Source: Lama guanicoe | Lineage: Eukaryota | DNA: 64,000 nucleotides | NCBI GenBank assembly: GCA_013239625.1 | Contig: MU054338.1 | Span: forward strand, 374,001-438,000 | Direction of reading: 5' to 3' | Shown here: positions 58,126 to 64,000 of the stretch, piece after piece | Numbering within the stretch: the stretch's first letter is position 1 | How the letters are laid out: every line of letters starts with the position of its first letter | Notes under the pieces: model-generated | The model's input: only the letters and a program-made list of their open reading frames with translations | Told to the model about the DNA's origin: nothing | Database searches by the model: none | Made by a program: the position numbers and the translations under genes

Positions 58126-61100
58126 GTTGGGATATTCCCCCCCACTCCCCACTTACCAAGGTCATGTCTGCTCAGCACAACTTGTAAATGAGCTCAAGAG
58201 GTGTAGGGATGACAAATCTAGCTGGTGTTTGTCGCCTAAATGTGCACAGGCAGCGGGTTGAGCTTCTTCTGAGTCTCACGTACCCTTACTTGGTCCCACG
58301 GCGGGGGGAGGGCACTCCCATTGCCCCCACTGTGCGGATGAGGAAACCAAAGCACAGAGTGGGCGAGCCACTTGCTCACAGTCACACAGGGCAGGTGTCA
58401 GAGTTGGGATTTGACCCCAGGGTACACTGGGGGCATAGCAGGCTGCACGTCCAGGGGCCCACTGGCTATGGGTCTGGGGGGACCTGGATGGCGCTCTGAG
58501 CCTCAGTTTCCTCATCTGAAATGGAGACATTTGGTCCAGGGCCCCACAGCAGGGCCTCAGGACCTGGGGCCTAGACATACACAGGCCTTCAGGCAGGAAG
58601 GGCCACCAGTGAGCCCTGAGAGGCTGCCCCGCCCTCCCCGTGGACCCCACCCAGGCCCCTCCCCTCCTCCTGGGGCCCAGTGAATTCCCATGGGTGTTCT
58701 TCTGTACCCCAGAGACAGGCTCCAGCAACTTGGACTGAAACCAGGGGCCTCAGATGTGTCCTCAGCACAAGGCTGGGGTCACATTTTTTTTCTGGTCCTT
58801 TCAGGTCACTCAGAATTTTACTGACTACGGAAAACACACTATATACTTTTTTTTTTTTCCCTTTGGCAATTACCTCTAAGTCTGGTCTTCGGAGCCTGGA
58901 GTATCGCAGCGACATTTCCACCAGGAACATTTTTAAAGTCCTTTTTTGATTCCAGAAGAACACTTGGCACCATTCTTGTGGGGGTTCCAGGGAGGCCTGA
59001 GGCCCAAAGGCCCCCACCCCGCCCCGGCCGGCATCGGCCATGGTGTCTCCGGGCCTTTCTCTGCCCATTCACACGGAAGTGGGGCTGACGGGTGTCCAGG
59101 TGTGACCGCTCGGGGGCTGCAGGCTGCGGGCTCTGAGCTGGACCCTGCTGTCCTGCCACTTTTCCACGTGACTTTCGCCCTGTGTCCGTCTGTTTTATCT
59201 AAGTTCTGAGTTGCCTTTTTAGTGCTGCAGTTTCCTTGTGGGGCCCAAACCAGCATATTGTTCTGTTTTCCTGTTCCCCTGTTGTAAACTTGAGCACCAC
59301 AGTGAACATCTCCGGGCTCATGAGGGCTGCTTGGGGTTGTGTGGTGTGGGGGTGGGGAGCTGGCCTTGCCAGGGCTTGGGGAGGAGGTGGCAGGTATTTT
59401 CTTCATCCTGCCTGGGAGCCCCCGGAGGCTGGGGAGCCAGGAGTGGACCCAGGCACTCCAGCCCTGTCAGGGCTGGCTTAGAGGAAAGGCTGCCCTGAGG
59501 AGTGGGATTTGGAGCTGGGGCTTTGCAGGATATCTAAGAGTTGGCCAGATGGACAGAGAAGGGTTAGGGTCCGTGCCTTGGAACAGTGTGGCTGGGACGT
59601 GAAGTAGGAGGGGGAGGGGTGAGCAGAACATCTGGGCAAACCAAAGGTGGGCTCACGGGGGACCTTAGCAGGGCTTTTAGAGTGGGCGAGGGAGAGAGAT
59701 GCTGGGGGAGCCCTTCCAGGGCCCATGCTCCAGGCAGGAGCGGAAGAGGCCAGTGCTGCAGCTGTGCCTGCCGGGCCGCGGGGGGAAGGTGAGAGCTTCT
59801 CGGTGGAGGAGCATGTTCCGGACAGAAGGCACACCCTGGGCATAGGCTGGAGGTCAGGTGAGCCCAGCGCCGTTATCCGGTGTGTTTGGGACAGGGTGGG
59901 CCTAGGGCCAGGCCCTGGGTCCCTCGGGTGCCGGGTGTCATCCTGGGGCGGCAGGATGCCTGGGCCCCAAGCTTGGGGGCGGGACGAGTGCTGGGAAGCC
60001 CCTCGGGAGGCCGGCCCAGCCGCCTGGGGCAGCGCCCGCCTCATCAAAGCGGCTGCGGCTGCTGGCATGGAGCCAGCTGGGCCATGGCGGGTGCGGGGAA
60101 GGTGCCCGCCTGCCAGCCCCTGGCACCGTGCCCCTGCCCGTGCCAACACAGGGAGCCACACTGACTCAGCCGGAAGAACCTTATCTGGCCCCGGCGCCGC
60201 CGCCCAGCCGCCCGGTCACCGCCATGGGGTCACCACCACTGCGGCCTGGCCCCACGCCCACCGCTGCTCCCCACCCTGGTGGCCGCTGCCAAGTGCTCAG
60301 CCCCTCCCCACGCTTTCTAATAACACACGCGGCTGCCAGAGGGAGGGAGTGGTGCCCAACATTCTCTGCCAGGCGGGGATGGGTGCGGATGAGCACGTGG
60401 GGTCCAGCCTGCTGACCAGGGTGTCCGGGCACATGTGGGGACCTGGTGGTTACGTGGGGTCCCTGTGGGCTGGGGGGGGTCCTGTCTTGTGGGGGGCTCT
60501 GTGTGTGGCAGGGTCTGAGTTTGCAGGGCGGGGGGTCTGGGGGTCGTGACTGTCCCGTGTGTGCACATGCACATTCCATGGCCACGTGGCCCATCTGTGA
60601 CATCTCTATGTGCAGCTGTCAGCTCCAGCGCCATGTGTGTCCCTGTGTCTGGAGTGTTGGGTCTGTCCGCGTGCACACCCTGTGCCGTGGCCCCAATCTG
60701 CATGGACGTGTCCTGGGCTCGTGTACCCCAGATGTGTTGGCCCAGCGCCAAGCATGTCCCATGTGCCTGTATGTGACAGGTGGTGGGCCACCGTCTCCCA
60801 TGGCTGTTTAGTTTGCGTGCGGCTGTGTGCGTGGTGGGGTCTGTGAGCACACGTGTATGAGCGCACGTGTGCGGCCGGGCTCCCAGTGCTCCACTGTGTG
60901 AACCTTGCGTGCGCACCGCTGGCCCCACTGGCCCCGTGTCCCAGGAAGCGTGAGGTGGCAGTGGGGCCCATTAGCCATCAGCCACGTTCCCCCCCAGTCA
61001 GTGGTTTGAGTCGGCCATCCCAGGCACAAGTCAGCCGCCTGCACCTGCCCTTGTAGGCTCCAAGCTGCCTTGCTGACGTAGCCCCAGGGGCTGCAGGGGT

Positions 61101-61704
61101 GCCCCCACTGAGTCCCATCCCCTCCTTCCCTCACGTGCTGTGTGGTTTTAGGCAGGGGCACACCCTCTCTGATCCAGGGATGCCTCCAAGGTACGGCAGG
61201 CAGGGCCCGCCCACTCTGTGCCTCAGTTTCCCTGCTGGATGCAAAGACCCCTCAACCTGCTGAGTCTTCTGATCCTGAGCCAGCACCGCCCGCGGTGACT
61301 TGGAGGGGCTTCCCAGGCCCTCTGGAAGGCCCAGCGCCCCCGTTTGCAAAGGCTGTCCGCTGCTGGGGAGCAGCTGGGGGCGCGGGCCGTGGGTGGGCAT
61401 GTGCGGGGGCGGGGTGGACTGCCCTTCTCTGCTCACCCGGCTGCACTCTGCCAGAGGACAGTTGGGGGTCACAGGGTTAAACGGTAGCCAGTCTGCCTAC
61501 TGCAGGCCCCAGCGCAGGCCGCAGCTCTGCCCCTCGGTCAGGGCTGGTGGGGGTCCCGTGGGGCCGAGGGGTGGAGAGGGGAGGACACAGAGCCAACACT
61601 GACTGCTAGCCCTGCAGACTGGCAGCCGCAGGGACCCCTGCCTTCCCGACGATGAGGAAGAGGCAAATGAAACCCCACATTCCAGGAAGAAGTCTGTCGG
61701 GGCA

Positions 61705-62050
61705 CATGGTGTCCCCCAGAGTCACGTCCGTGCAGGTCCTTAGAATGGGACCTTATTTGGAAATGGAGTCCTTGCAGGTGTGACGCAGTGAAGGCCAGGT
61801 CACAGTGGAGGGAAGTGGCCCTGAATCTAGTGACTGTGTCCTTAGGAAAAGGCAAGGGACACACAGAGACAGGGGGAGAACCATGTGACAGTGGAGGCAA
61901 ACTGGGCTAATGGGGCCACAAGCCCAAGGATGCCCAGGGCCCCCAGAAGCTGGAAGAGGCAGGAAGGACCCTGCCCTGGAGCCTCCGGAGGGAGTGTGGC
62001 CCGGCGACCCCTGGGTTCCGGACGTCTGGGCTCCAGAACTGGGAGGGAGT
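61705..62050 (+). mobile_element. MLT1-type LTR relic
   Basis: AGAATGGGACCTTATTTGGAAAT...CCAGAAGCTGGAAGAGGCAGGAAGGA...CTCCAGAACTG. Confidence 0.8.
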
Positions 62051-64000
62051 GAGCCCCGGCTCAGTGGGCACGGGATGTAGGAAACCTCGAGCCTGGCTTC
62101 CTGGCCAGGGGACCCTGACTGTCCAGCCCACGGGGCTGGGGGCTGGTTCACAGAAAGGTCAGGCTGTCCCCCTGCGTGCGTGTGTGTGTGTGTCTGAGCC
62201 TGGTCCTCCCACAGCAAGTTCGGAGCGCCTGCTCCTTACTAGCCCCGTCCTGGATACCAGGGAAGTACCTGTGAACGCACAGACAGAAGTGGACGCCCTC
62301 GTGGCAGTGTGGCAGTGGGGGTGTGCGGCCTGGCGGGCCGTCTGGGCGGGGCGGCCGAGGGCGGGCCGTCTGGAGCTATTATCTGCGAGCCAGCGGGTGA
62401 GGGTGTGTCTGCTTGTGTGTCTGTGTCTGGCTGGACGGGCGTGTCCATCTGTGCCAGGAGACCATGCCAGGTGGCAGGGCCGTGGGCACATCCAGAGGGA
62501 CTGTGAGGGGGGCATCGTCCAGACGGGTGGGAGGTCTGTGCACCGGCCACGTAGGTGTGCATGTGGGGCCGTGGAGCAGATGCCTGTGTCCATGGCCACA
62601 CAGAGGTCCAGGTGGGGGGCCGTGGGACGCATCTTAGTGGGGCTTGGGTTTCCCTCAGGGTGGGGGGCGAGTCCTACTAGCGTCCGTGGGGGGTCCAGCA
62701 TCTCTGTCCAGGCTGGAGTGACCAGGAGTGGCTGTGGGCCTTGGTGCTCCGTAACCTTTCCTTTCTGCCCCGTGAGGGGTCTCTGAGGGTCCCCGTGACC
62801 GCCCCGGCCTCTGCCCTGCAACAGCACTCTCTCAAACCCCCGCCTTCGGTAGGGGTGTTGAACTCGTATCTTCCAATGTGGATATTCTGGGCTTGTGAGA
62901 CCACCCCCCGCCCTAGGGGCACCCCCAGCCTGAGGGGCTGCCAGCTGCAGACCAGAGCCTCCTGTTCCTCTCCCCTCTTTTCTGACGAGCCCGCTAAGTT
63001 CTCCCCCACCGGGGACTCAGGCTGGACCTGGGTCCTCTGCTGGAGGCTGGAACCAGCGTGAACCTCCAGGTCACCCCGCCTCGCCCTTGGGGAGCCAGGC
63101 CTGGAACCCGGACGCGTCCCTCTGTCCCTGGGTCTCTGGTTTCTCTCTCCCTCATGTGTCTCTGTCTCTGTCTCTCTCCTTCCCCGTTTTTCTTCACCCT
63201 CCATCCTCCCATCACCCCGTAATCACTCCTCAGCTGCTCTTCTCCCAGGAGTGGCCCCGGCGAGTGCCCAATGGACGGCGAGCGTGGGCACCGCTGCCGC
63301 CCTCCCGCAGCCTGGCGGCTGGCCCTGCCACAGTTGGCACCCTGCCCGGCCCCTCCCTGTCCCCCCCGGCTGGTCCACGCCCTCGCTGACCGAGAACCTG
63401 GTTCTCGGACAGGACGGGCAGCGGGGTCTGTGGGCACCTCTGGGGTTATTCTTTTTCGGTGCCGTCGCCATGGGCGGGACAGCCACGCTGGGGTGCAGAT
63501 GTTGGCCTTCTGGGCCCGGCTTCCCTGTTTGTAAGATGGGGTCAGCATTTGAGCTGGTGTTTGGCTGCCACCAGGGTCCTGGTGGAGCAGGCGGGCGTGT
63601 GGGGCCCCAGGATGGGGGGCCGCCCAGCTTGGATCTCAGCCCCACTCTGTTCACTGGAGCAGTTGCCCCTGGGCAGCGGAGTCCCTGTCCTGCAGTCGAG
63701 GCTAGGCTTGAGGGCCCTCTGAGCCTGCCGGCCACCACGGGGTGGGCCCTGTTCTCCTGCCCTTGGCCTGGGGTCTCACTGAGGCTCCTCCCTGAGCCCT
63801 TCGAGGCCCCTTCCTCTTGACTCCTGGGCGGGAGGCAGCCCCCTTCCTTCCTGCACTCTCAGCAGGGACCACTTGGCCTCCTGCTCCCTAATGCTGTTGC
63901 ATTTCCCTTCGGAGAACCTGGGCTGGGACCTCACTCCCTGACCAGGTAGACCTTTCAGAACAGCCTCACCGCTAGGAAAGTCCCTCCCAGCGTTTTCGGG

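Noticed and set aside
59478..63820. Several 200-300 aa ORFs in ARID3A intron 3
   Set aside because: Low-complexity translations with no ARID or other domain; the next expected ARID3A exon (LYELD...) is not visible in the window

Overview
GC-rich mammalian genomic DNA, very probably from a camelid judging by its tRNA-Ala-derived SINE family, and syntenic with human 19p13.3. Gene order: ELANE(+, complete, 267 aa) - CFD(+, complete, 259 aa) - MED16(-, 14 coding exons) - a promoter-bearing U6 snRNA gene(+, divergent from MED16) - R3HDM4(-, complete, 270 aa) - KISS1R(+, complete, 399 aa) - 5' part of ARID3A(+, ARID-domain exons lie beyond the window). All exons were placed by reading GT-AG junctions and checking codon phase. 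I see no previously undescribed gene system. The most notable anomaly is an apparent in-frame 27-nt loss at the 3' end of MED16 exon 3 that removes the conserved WD40 peptide ITCLEWDQS; it may be real or an assembly error. Other points of interest are a Pol II/Pol III back-to-back promoter, five copies of TAAAYACCCA in R3HDM4 intron 1, a MER53 hairpin carrying a miR-1302-like sequence, homogenised L1 relics, uORFs and CTCF-like motifs. Comparisons with human or consensus sequences are from recall, not from a search.
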